Positions 7,903 to 16,020 of a DNA stretch of 64,000 nt are shown here, in pieces. Below the pieces are notes generated by a model. The model had not been told where the DNA came from. It saw only the letters and a list, made by a program, of their open reading frames with translations, and ran no database searches. Location of the stretch: sequence record MK268344.1. The stretch is one strand, 5' to 3'. The position numbers were made by a program, and so were the translations under genes. Position 1 is the first letter of the stretch. Each line of letters starts with the position of its first letter.

Positions 7903-8345
7903 TACCGATAGAGCAATCGAAAAGCTATTTTTCGATACTACATGGTATGAAATGTTACTTTGAAAAAAGACATTTTATAAACAAAAGAGTTTGCTCCGTA
8001 AGAGATGACAGATAATTAATCTTGCTTGGTTGTGGAAACGGTATAACTCGATTGCTCAGTTGAATGGTTGAAGTGTTGCATTGTTGCTTCGCTCTATCGG
8101 TACGTATTTTGGCTACGCTTTGATGTAAATAAAGTGTAGCACTTTTTAAGTAAAATAAAATATTAAATCTGTGCGGTTGTAACCAGTACTGGAATTATAC
8201 TTAGGGAAGTAGTGATCCAATAGTACCAGTAGTATTAGGACTTTCACGAGGCCAGCACGAATAGGATCACAACCTATTCGTACACGTAGAGTTGGCATAA
8301 AACGGGTAAGTAGTCATTTACTGGTTAAGGTGGCCTTACATTCAG
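7903..8345 (+). ncRNA. structured intergenic region, candidate ncRNA(s)
   Basis: No ORF over ~470 nt; TACCGATAGAGC(7903-7914) pairs with GCTCTATCGGTA(8091-8102); GAGCAATCGA/TCGATTGCTC; GCTACGCTTT/AAAGTGTAGC; CGAATAGG/CCTATTCG. Confidence 0.5.
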
Positions 8346-8356
8346 GAACTAAAACT

Positions 8357-8432
8357 GCGTCTATCGTATAGTGGCCTAATATCACTGGTTTCCACCCAGT
8401 AGACCGGGATTCGAATTCCCGTAGACGCTCCA
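8357..8432 (+). tRNA. tRNA-Gly(TCC)
   Basis: GCGTCTA/TAGACGC acceptor, U73, ACTGG-TTTCCAC-CCAGT, CCA. Confidence 0.93.
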
Positions 8433-8482
8433 CTTTATAAAAGGAGACAAACATGAAGTTTTCCTTACAGGTTGGGAAGTAC

Positions 8483-8488
8483 TAAATA
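8483..8488 (+). promoter_or_regulatory. putative late promoter TAAATA
   Basis: TAAATA 25 nt upstream of ART gene; same core as T4 late promoter TATAAATA. Confidence 0.45.
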
Positions 8489-8512
8489 CTCATAGAATCC
8501 TAAGAGGACAAT

Positions 8513-9205
8513 ATGATGAATTTAAAAGAATTACAAGAATCAATCTCTTCCATAATGGAAGGGAAAATCGGAACCTTCTATCATGGAAGTACTTCAAACA
8601 TTAAAAGTTTTGTTGATGACTTCGTAGGTAAAGGAAACGATGAATATGGCCCCGGAATATACTTCTCGAATAGAGAATGGATTGCGAGGGGTTATGCCGA
8701 ACCTAACGGCTATATATATCGCTGTGATTTAGATTTTAGGAATGAATTAAGTGCTAACACTAAGTTCAATTTAGATCACATTAAAACATTAATTGCTAAA
8801 TCACCGGATGAATACGCAGCTACTAATTGGGATGAGGACGAAGCGAAAGCACATCGTATCGCATTGCAAAATTATCTAGATTCGTATGATCATAATATGC
8901 TGGAGATTTTTATGCAAATTTGGGCAGATTGGTACATGGACTATCCGGTTGATTTTGTTCGCAATATAGTTGCTATGGGGTATGATGGTTCGGTACACAA
9001 TCTAGGTAATCCAGATGTGGATGGTATTACGGATGACACGTTGTATATTGTTGTCTATAATCCAAAATCAATTAAATTAATTGAATCATATCCTTACCAA
9101 CAAACGGTAGAAAAACCTAAAGAACCCGAAAAGGTTCAACCACATACATTTGTGACAAACTCACATGGTAGTGATGATATCCCTCTCCAAACTACCAAAT
9201 CTTAA
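8513..9205 (+). CDS. ADP-ribosyltransferase-fold protein
   Basis: FYHGST...GPGIYFS...IARGYA...GYIY and YDG...YIVVYNP, H-type ART motifs; GAGG RBS. Confidence 0.65.
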   Translation: MMNLKELQESISSIMEGKIGTFYHGSTSNIKSFVDDFVGKGNDEYGPGIYFSNREWIARGYAEPNGYIYRCDLDFRNELSANTKFNLDHIKTLIAKSPDEYAATNWDEDEAKAHRIALQNYLDSYDHNMLEIFMQIWADWYMDYPVDFVRNIVAMGYDGSVHNLGNPDVDGITDDTLYIVVYNPKSIKLIESYPYQQTVEKPKEPEKVQPHTFVTNSHGSDDIPLQTTKS

Positions 9206-9227
9206 TGCATACGCATTATGTCTTTTT

Positions 9228-9262
9228 GCCGATAGTATTATCATCTACTATCGGCTTTTTTT
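9228..9262 (+). terminator. intrinsic terminator
   Basis: GCCGATAGTA...TACTATCGGC-TTTTTTT. Confidence 0.8.
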
Positions 9263-9289
9263 CATCCTAATTAATAGGAGTACAAAAAA

Positions 9290-9781
9290 ATGACAACTGA
9301 AAAATTTGTTCAGTACTTTTTGAATATCATCAATGTAAATAAAACATTTGATTTAGATACTTGGTTAGATACTTCTGGCTATCCAAAACTGTATGAAGGT
9401 GGTGTAATCAAAAGTACTTTACCCTTGAAAAAAGGAGTATTACCACAATCCCTGTTCATTGCTGGCAAAAGAAATTTATTCATGGGTATTATGGATTATG
9501 ATGATGCACATGATCATGATGTTGATTTAAATTATGATTTCCAAACCCAAGTACTAACAATTAATTTCACTGATATTACAACTCATAATGATGCATATGC
9601 AGAAGATGAGAACATGAATGACTATACTCTTAATGTGAAACTATTCGATGATGACGGTGAATTCTTTCAAGAGAATACAGTAACTGATTTACCATTTGAA
9701 TTTGAAGTACAAAAGAAAATGAAAGTATTCTTTGATGCTATGTATGATGGTTTCTGCAATAAGAAGGTATTAATAAAATGA
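9290..9781 (+). CDS. EEEYFQ-family hypothetical protein (divergent)
   Basis: AGGAG RBS; DDGEFFQENTVTDLPF. Confidence 0.7.
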   Translation: MTTEKFVQYFLNIINVNKTFDLDTWLDTSGYPKLYEGGVIKSTLPLKKGVLPQSLFIAGKRNLFMGIMDYDDAHDHDVDLNYDFQTQVLTINFTDITTHNDAYAEDENMNDYTLNVKLFDDDGEFFQENTVTDLPFEFEVQKKMKVFFDAMYDGFCNKKVLIK

Positions 9782-10260
9782 ATAATAAAATATATGTCAT
9801 GCCTGATAAAGTTCTTGAATTAATTTGGGAAAAGGTTGAGTACTATAAGGCATTGGAAATACTTTCATATGACCAAGTTGTTTTTAACAATCGTGGTGTG
9901 AATAATGAGATTTATACCAGTAAGAAGTTTCAAGACTTAGAATGTTTCCAGAATCCAAAAACAGGTGAATATAGCATTACAATACTAAGTAATGCACTAA
10001 TGGAACTGTACTTCTTTGCAAATCAACTAACAGAAGAACCTGATAATGGTTATTATCTAGAAATAGAGTATAGATATAATACAAATTGGGCACGAATGGC
10101 TACACACATTTATGAGTCAGAAGAAGAGTACTTTATGCAAAGTACTGTAGAAAATTTACAACTAAGTATCGACCGTAATTTTAAAGTTGCTAGCTTTATG
10201 GCACAACTTAAAGAGTTGATCAGATTGAGGGCTATTGAACATGGAAAATCAACATCGTAA
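9778..10260 (+). CDS. EEEYFQ-family hypothetical protein
   Basis: SEEEYFMQSTVENL; ATGA coupling. Confidence 0.75.
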   Translation: MNNKIYVMPDKVLELIWEKVEYYKALEILSYDQVVFNNRGVNNEIYTSKKFQDLECFQNPKTGEYSITILSNALMELYFFANQLTEEPDNGYYLEIEYRYNTNWARMATHIYESEEEYFMQSTVENLQLSIDRNFKVASFMAQLKELIRLRAIEHGKSTS

Positions 10261-10465
10261 AATCAAAGGTTATCGAGAGCTAACCGAAGATGAAATTAAA
10301 AACATGAATGATGTTAAAGAGCTTGCTGCACAAGTTGGTGAACTAATTGAACGGCTAGGGGATTCCCCTGATATCGACCGGCGTTGGTTGAATATCGCTA
10401 AGACCGATTTACAAAAAGGTTTTATGAGTGCTGTACGCAGCATTGCAAAACCAGATTCATTCTAA
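10241..10465 (+). CDS. acb2: Acb2-family anti-CBASS cyclic-nucleotide sponge
   Basis: MENQHRKIKGYRELT-x-DEI-x-MNxVK...RWLNIAKTDLQKGFMSAVRSIAKP matches the Acb2/T4 Vs.4 family N- and C-terminal motifs. Confidence 0.85.
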   Translation: MENQHRKIKGYRELTEDEIKNMNDVKELAAQVGELIERLGDSPDIDRRWLNIAKTDLQKGFMSAVRSIAKPDSF

Positions 10466-10477
10466 GGAGCATAATAT

Positions 10478-11119
10478 ATGCAAATGGACGACAACTTACC
10501 CGAAATGTTTGGGAATACTGAACTATCAGACGCTGATAAAAAACTACTAGCTGAACTAGATGCTATTGATATTAACAGTACTGATATGGTAGAATTTACG
10601 GATGATGATCTCGTTAAAAACGCATATCTACTAGGAACCATGTCTAAGATTCATGGACATGCGAACAATGTAAACTGTGCATCATATACTTACGTAATTA
10701 ATGTATACATTAAAGATGCAGTTTGTAGTACTTATAACTGTACACGTGTTTATGAGTTTGGGGAACCCGTAGAACATACACTATTGAAACTTTTTGCAAA
10801 ACAAAAATTCTATCTACGTAGTTCTACATCATCTTTTGGTGCAAAAGAATTCACACATCCACATCTTGAACTTGAACAACGTGCCGTGTTTGTGTATGAT
10901 CTAATCACAGATGAAAACTTTGATATAGATAAACCTTTCTATTTCTATCCACGCGAACTACAACTAGAACCGTGGAGTGTTAAAGAAGAAGAATGGTCAA
11001 CCGTTGCAAAGCCTGGATATCATGAACTATTACCGGGTAATAAAATGCTACCACTAAAACCAACCTCACCACATAGCATAGTTGGTTCTTATATGGTTCC
11101 AGACGAAATCTTAAAATAA
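10478..11119 (+). CDS. hypothetical protein
   Basis: AAGGAG RBS. Confidence 0.75.
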   Translation: MQMDDNLPEMFGNTELSDADKKLLAELDAIDINSTDMVEFTDDDLVKNAYLLGTMSKIHGHANNVNCASYTYVINVYIKDAVCSTYNCTRVYEFGEPVEHTLLKLFAKQKFYLRSSTSSFGAKEFTHPHLELEQRAVFVYDLITDENFDIDKPFYFYPRELQLEPWSVKEEEWSTVAKPGYHELLPGNKMLPLKPTSPHSIVGSYMVPDEILK

Positions 11120-11122
11120 GAC

Positions 11123-11161
11123 TTGACCACCGACCTTCACTGATGTATCATTAGTGAAGGT
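11123..11161 (+). promoter_or_regulatory. sigma70-type promoter with palindrome over -10
   Basis: TTGACC-17-TATCAT; ACCTTCACT...AGTGAAGGT inverted repeat spans -10. Confidence 0.55.
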
Positions 11162-11189
11162 TTTTAATTGAGAATTTGATGGAGGGGAA

Positions 11190-11675
11190 ATGAAATTTGA
11201 TCCAGAAAGGTTATTACTGTTATTGCAAGTTCTATCTATCCCAACAAATACAGGTATGGTTAGTTTCAATCCAGTAAAGCCAATGAATCTTAAAAATGGA
11301 GATTCAGTTAAATACCCTTGTATGTTATTTGGTATCAACAAATCTCATAATTTTACTTGTACTGACATGTATTGCATGTTGATTGTAAAAAATGATTCAA
11401 CATCAGATTATTGTTGTACTTGGTGGTTTACTAACGATAAGTTCATGTTATCCATTATTGATAATGATGATAACGAAGATCCAGAAATGACAAGAAATAT
11501 TTCTGATACTGTGGCTATGGGTAATTTCCATAAATCAGAAGAAGAACATTTTCAAAAAGATTGTTTATCAGGAACTCCTATTACTTGGGAACTTGAGGTG
11601 GCAGTGAAAGAATGTCTTTCTAATCTAAAATCTTTTTATAATGCAGCATTAGCCGAATGGAATGGTGTACTATGA
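11190..11675 (+). CDS. EEEYFQ-family hypothetical protein
   Basis: GGAGG RBS; SEEEHFQKDCL. Confidence 0.75.
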   Translation: MKFDPERLLLLLQVLSIPTNTGMVSFNPVKPMNLKNGDSVKYPCMLFGINKSHNFTCTDMYCMLIVKNDSTSDYCCTWWFTNDKFMLSIIDNDDNEDPEMTRNISDTVAMGNFHKSEEEHFQKDCLSGTPITWELEVAVKECLSNLKSFYNAALAEWNGVL

Positions 11676-12118
11676 ACACAACATTAATAAGACCTGAAGT
11701 ACTGAAACATGTAAAGGGAAGATATAAGGGAATTTCCAAAAATGATTTAAATTCATTTCCAGAAACCGAATTACTTGATAGTGAACAATTACTTTCTTAC
11801 GGGGATCAAAATCACGGTTATTACTTTGACTTAGGTATTGATATGGGTAGTAACGAGGAAATTGGTTTTGAAGGTTCAATCACTCAATTTGAATTCAAAC
11901 TGGTTGAGTACACGCAAATTGACACTAAACCAAATTCGTTTAAGATTGATTTAACTTTATTTGATGGGGCATTAACCGAAGAAGTCTTTTTTCAATTCAG
12001 TACTATAGAAGATTTTTATGGCTTGACATTCGAACAGCTTCGGGTTATCATAGAAATACGGGATGAAATTAAAAATCGCATTCCTCATTGGGGTATTAAT
12101 CCTAAAGAAAAACTTTAA
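11672..12118 (+). CDS. EEEYFQ-family hypothetical protein
   Basis: TEEVFFQFSTIEDFYGL; ATGA coupling. Confidence 0.75.
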   Translation: MNTTLIRPEVLKHVKGRYKGISKNDLNSFPETELLDSEQLLSYGDQNHGYYFDLGIDMGSNEEIGFEGSITQFEFKLVEYTQIDTKPNSFKIDLTLFDGALTEEVFFQFSTIEDFYGLTFEQLRVIIEIRDEIKNRIPHWGINPKEKL

Positions 12119-12122
12119 AAAG

Positions 12123-12153
12123 TTGGGACAAACTTAGAAAAATGTGATATGAT
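12123..12153 (+). promoter_or_regulatory. phage promoter class TGGGAC-N18-TATGAT
   Basis: TTGGGACAAA...TGTGATATGAT. Confidence 0.7.
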
Positions 12154-12191
12154 ATTATTATCAGGACAGTAAGATATTCTGGTAAAATTTC

Positions 12192-12270
12192 GTTGAGTAG
12201 CTTAAGAGAGAGCAGCAGGTAATAACGATAAGATCACCTGTCAGCGTGGATTTAAACACCACCTCAACAA
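12192..12270 (+). pseudogene. degenerate tRNA-like element with 15-nt anticodon loop, no CCA
   Basis: GTTGAG/CTCAAC acceptor, TAGCT D-arm start, CAGGT/ACCTG arm, GTGG...CCAC T-like arm. Confidence 0.45.
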
Positions 12271-12277
12271 TTCAATT

Positions 12278-12332
12278 TAGAATCCAACAGCAATTTTATT
12301 CAATCGCTTATATGAAAACAAAATGGATTCTA
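12278..12332 (+). ncRNA. ACAGCAA closed-stem RNA, short copy
   Basis: TAGAATCCA-ACAGCAA...TGGATTCTA. Confidence 0.55.
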
Positions 12333-12337
12333 GCTTT

Positions 12338-12420
12338 GCGGGTATGGGGGAACTGGTAGACCCGACGTGCTTAAAACACGTTTCGCAAGAGTGAGGATTC
12401 GAATTCCTCTACCCGCACCA
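12338..12420 (+). tRNA. tRNA-Leu(TAA)
   Basis: GCGGGTA/TACCCGC acceptor, ACGTG-CTTAAAA-CACGT, variable arm, CCA. Confidence 0.95.
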
Positions 12421-12485
12421 CATTTTAATAGTATAATTGATTCGAACTCATAAATAATGGTATATACCATAACTAAGGTTCGAAA

Positions 12486-13298
12486 ATGAGAAAAGACATA
12501 TTACAACAAAAAGAATTAATTCTTCAATTAATAGAAAAGAAAGCCCCTAAAAATGAGATTTGTAGAATTTTAAATTGTAAAACTACTACATTGGATTCAT
12601 ATCTAAAGAAAATGAATATTGAATATTCTGGTAACAAATCCAGAAAAGGGTTACAGAGAACTGAAAATTATAAAAATGTTGAAGAGTACCTATTCAATGG
12701 TAGTTCGATTCAATCTCATAAATTGAAATTGAAATTAATACGAGAAAATATATTTGAACATAAATGTCATAGATGTGGATTGCGTGAATGGGAAGGTGTA
12801 GAAATTCCATTAGAATTAGATCATATCGATGGTCAACATTTTAATAATGAACTATCAAACCTTAGATTATTATGTCCAAATTGTCATGCGTTAACTGATA
12901 CATACAGGTCAAAAAACCGAAGAACTGTTAGAACTAAAAAAGAAATAGAATCATTGGCAGAAGAAGTGTTTACGCGATTTGCTGATGATATAGAGAACAA
13001 TTCTATTGAGAAAGAATCAAAAGAAAAGAAACGAAAGATTACTAATATATGTAAAACATGTAATAAATCATATGAAAAATGTGGTAACATGAAAGGTAAG
13101 TATTTTTGCAGTGATGAATGTTATCGAAAATCATTACAAAAATTTGATATTACGTCAGAAGAATTAAGTAAATTAGTTTGGGAAATGCCTACTACTAAAA
13201 TAGCAGAAATATATAATGTTAGTGATGTTGCAATTTCTAAACGTTGTAAAAAATACGGTATTAAGAAACCACCACGTGGTTATTGGATGAAAAAATGA
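12486..13298 (+). CDS. HNH homing endonuclease
   Basis: CHRC...LELDHIDG...NNELSNLRLLCPNCHA; flanking HTH-like and Cys (CKTC...FCSDEC) DNA-binding modules; sits directly after tRNA-Leu. Confidence 0.88.
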   Translation: MRKDILQQKELILQLIEKKAPKNEICRILNCKTTTLDSYLKKMNIEYSGNKSRKGLQRTENYKNVEEYLFNGSSIQSHKLKLKLIRENIFEHKCHRCGLREWEGVEIPLELDHIDGQHFNNELSNLRLLCPNCHALTDTYRSKNRRTVRTKKEIESLAEEVFTRFADDIENNSIEKESKEKKRKITNICKTCNKSYEKCGNMKGKYFCSDECYRKSLQKFDITSEELSKLVWEMPTTKIAEIYNVSDVAISKRCKKYGIKKPPRGYWMKK

Positions 13299-13306
13299 TA
13301 TGTTTT

Positions 13307-13335
13307 AGGGAAGCATTTGCTTCCCTTTTCTTTTG
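13307..13335 (+). terminator. intrinsic terminator
   Basis: AGGGAAGCA-TT-TGCTTCCCT-TTTC. Confidence 0.65.
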
Positions 13336-13345
13336 AGGATGAAGT

Positions 13346-13768
13346 ATGAAATTCAGTGAAAAAGAAATTGAATTCGTGCGGAAGTTGATTAAAACTATAG
13401 ATAGTAAACCAAACTATGAAATATCACGAAGTGGTCATCGTTATAGTTTTTGGACATGTACTGGTGATCAAACAAATAGAAAAAATTGTCATAATATAAC
13501 ATTATACAGCGAAGATGATTTATGGGGAGCTAATTTCGATATATTCACAGATCGGATAGAAATAATTGTAGACTATGAAGATCATAGATGGGATCACACA
13601 TTATATACATCTGAATTCAGTACTGTATCAGAAGAAGAATTATTCCAACAAAGCATTATTCAAGATTTTTCTATGTTTGATGAATATCCTGATGTATTAG
13701 AACGCTTATTAAAATACTCGATTGAAGTGAGGTCTAATCTTGAAAAAGCCAATACAATACTCCAATGA
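13346..13768 (+). CDS. EEEYFQ-family hypothetical protein
   Basis: SEEELFQQSIIQDF. Confidence 0.75.
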   Translation: MKFSEKEIEFVRKLIKTIDSKPNYEISRSGHRYSFWTCTGDQTNRKNCHNITLYSEDDLWGANFDIFTDRIEIIVDYEDHRWDHTLYTSEFSTVSEEELFQQSIIQDFSMFDEYPDVLERLLKYSIEVRSNLEKANTILQ

Positions 13769-14255
13769 ATTAGATAAAAAGCAACGCGAGGTAATACTTC
13801 GGCAGTACTTTGATAATGCAATAAAAACTGCTGAGTACATGATTAGTACTGGAACTGATGTAATGAATAATAATGAACAAACAACTTTAGAAGAAGCAAA
13901 GTTGTGGTGTTTATTACATAAGAATCATTATGCGATAACATTTTATGATAATGACATTGGAAGTCAAGATATAAGAAAAGCTACTAACTTTGCTATTGAG
14001 TTCCCAGAAGATGAAGTATTTGAACGTAGTGCTGCTGTTATTGATGTATTTCCTGACCGTATTCTTTTATGTAACGAACTATGTGATGATGCACCATTGT
14101 CAGAAATTGACATTTCGTTCAATGAACTTGATGAAGGGTATCATTTTCAGATGGAAGCAACGCTTGAAATATTTCCATTTACATTTGAACAATTCAAGAC
14201 GTTATTTGGTATAGCAAAAAAACTAAAACAGCCATTGACAAAATTGGAATCCTAG
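13740..14255 (+). CDS. EEEYFQ-family hypothetical protein (divergent)
   Basis: DEGYHFQMEATLEIFPF. Confidence 0.7.
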   Translation: MKKPIQYSNELDKKQREVILRQYFDNAIKTAEYMISTGTDVMNNNEQTTLEEAKLWCLLHKNHYAITFYDNDIGSQDIRKATNFAIEFPEDEVFERSAAVIDVFPDRILLCNELCDDAPLSEIDISFNELDEGYHFQMEATLEIFPFTFEQFKTLFGIAKKLKQPLTKLES

Positions 14256-14263
14256 TGTATCAT
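14235..14263 (+). promoter_or_regulatory. sigma70-type promoter
   Basis: TTGACA-17-TATCAT. Confidence 0.6.
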
Positions 14264-14297
14264 GGTATAAAATGATAAACATCAATAAGGAAAACGA

Positions 14298-14627
14298 ATG
14301 TCTAAACATATTGAACCACATGAATTAGCAATGCGTCTTGTAAAATCCATTGTCAAACGTGATTTCGGTGATCCAATTCTGGATGAGTACTACGAACATG
14401 GAATTGATAAATTCACGGAAATATTAAGCCGGATGCATAATAATAAAGAAGAAGATATTCGTGCGACTTTATATGATATGGTTAAATTCAATAAATTATT
14501 TGACATGCAAGAAGAATACGAAAAAGAAAATGTAATATATTGGATGTTAGTAATTACTTTTGGTAATGGATTTGATTTGGAATATTTCGATGAAGGTATT
14601 CTATGCAATTCTCGTGCCGAGGTATAA
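14298..14627 (+). CDS. hypothetical protein
   Basis: AAGGA RBS. Confidence 0.75.
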   Translation: MSKHIEPHELAMRLVKSIVKRDFGDPILDEYYEHGIDKFTEILSRMHNNKEEDIRATLYDMVKFNKLFDMQEEYEKENVIYWMLVITFGNGFDLEYFDEGILCNSRAEV

Positions 14628-14628
14628 T

Positions 14629-15561
14629 ATGATTTCTAAAGATGATTTTTATGAATTTCTGAAAGCGTTTTATAATAAGTTCAAGTCAGCGGGTGAATAT
14701 TTCAATGTTCATCCATATAATGAATTTCAAAGAAAAGAAAAGGAATATCATAACTTATGTGATGAATTGGGATTTTATGCTCGTGTTAGTTCTAACACCT
14801 CCCCTCATGCACACAACATATATGGAATGTACGGAATTGATTTTCGTGATTTAATAACATTAGGGTATATTCAAAATAAAGAATATTATTTAGAAATTCG
14901 CAATGATGAAGAAAATCCAACTTACTTAACACCAGACGATAGTACTTTTGAAAAAATAGCTAAAGCATTTATTTATGGTCAAGGAAAATTCACTATTCTT
15001 CCAGATGATGTTATTACAATTGGTGATGTGTCTTTAACAGTTTTTGAAATCCATGAAGCAATTGAAGAATATTCAGTACCACATCGTCTTAAAAAAATAG
15101 CAATCGATGATTTGTATGTTTTCCCATCAAAGGGTGACGATTACTCCTTTGGGGTTGGGGAACGTTACACGGAAGAATATTGTGATATGATAGAAGATAT
15201 TGATACACGTTTATCACCTTATTTCTTTTCTGCTGATGGAATAGTGAATGCTGATATTTCTCCTGAACATCAACGGTACTCATGGGATACATTCAAAGAT
15301 AAAATAGTTGAAGATATTACTGATATGGATGCCGTTTGGATTTGTAAAACAAAACCAGATGTTCAAATTAATGTTAACATTGATACTTTAAAAAACTTGA
15401 TTTCTTCTTTAGTGAAATCTAAAAATCCAGTAGCAGGATTATTAATGATACGTGTATTGACACAAAACAAAATCACTATAAATTACACTGATGTTCCAGA
15501 ATTCAAAGTATTTGTGGAACAACATGGTAAAATAATGCGTGAATTGAGAACAATGCACTAA
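14629..15561 (+). CDS. hypothetical acidic protein
   Basis: GAGGT RBS before ATG 14629; long ORF. Confidence 0.75.
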   Translation: MISKDDFYEFLKAFYNKFKSAGEYFNVHPYNEFQRKEKEYHNLCDELGFYARVSSNTSPHAHNIYGMYGIDFRDLITLGYIQNKEYYLEIRNDEENPTYLTPDDSTFEKIAKAFIYGQGKFTILPDDVITIGDVSLTVFEIHEAIEEYSVPHRLKKIAIDDLYVFPSKGDDYSFGVGERYTEEYCDMIEDIDTRLSPYFFSADGIVNADISPEHQRYSWDTFKDKIVEDITDMDAVWICKTKPDVQINVNIDTLKNLISSLVKSKNPVAGLLMIRVLTQNKITINYTDVPEFKVFVEQHGKIMRELRTMH

Positions 15562-15565
15562 TATA

Positions 15566-15590
15566 TGGGAAGCAATGCTTCCCATTTTCT
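15566..15590 (+). terminator. intrinsic terminator
   Basis: TGGGAAGCA-A-TGCTTCCCA-TTTT; same stem as 13307. Confidence 0.6.
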
Positions 15591-15603
15591 TTAAGAGAAT
15601 CTT

Positions 15604-16020
15604 ATGAACTTAGAAAAAACATTAAAATACATTGATGTTAATTTTGAAAAACTGTATTCAGAAAAAAGTAAATCAAACACTAGAATTGATATTGAAAACA
15701 GTTTTATGGGTGTTATTTTTGATTGGGATTTTTCTACTAAAGATACAGTACTGAAACTTGAATGGTTTCCGCATCAATATAAGTATTCTATTATCATTGA
15801 ACTTTATAGTGAGACCGAATTTATATTAAACACATGGAATTCTAGAAGTTATTTGTGGTATGAAGATTTTATTATAGATTTTGATATTGAACGTGGTTAT
15901 TTTGATTGTTTAGATACTGTATATCCTATGGCATCTAACTTCAAATTTAAGTACTTAAAAATACTGAAAAGTATTTCTGCGAAATACATGATGAAGAAGG
16001 GCATAAAACAAATGAGGTGA
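15604..16020 (+). CDS. hypothetical protein (possible distant EEEYFQ member)
   Basis: Intact ORF; IERGYFDCLDTVYP. Confidence 0.7.
   Translation: MNLEKTLKYIDVNFEKLYSEKSKSNTRIDIENSFMGVIFDWDFSTKDTVLKLEWFPHQYKYSIIIELYSETEFILNTWNSRSYLWYEDFIIDFDIERGYFDCLDTVYPMASNFKFKYLKILKSISAKYMMKKGIKQMR

Noticed and set aside
8238-8245. GAAAGTCC on the minus strand resembling the RNase P RNA P4 motif
   Set aside because: The flanks do not match GAGGAAAGUCC, no partner motif was seen, and the strand is opposite to local transcription; likely chance.
8453-8485. 10-aa ORF MKFSLQVGKY as a bona fide gene
   Set aside because: The RBS is good, but the ORF is too short to support without conservation data; mentioned only within the ART finding.
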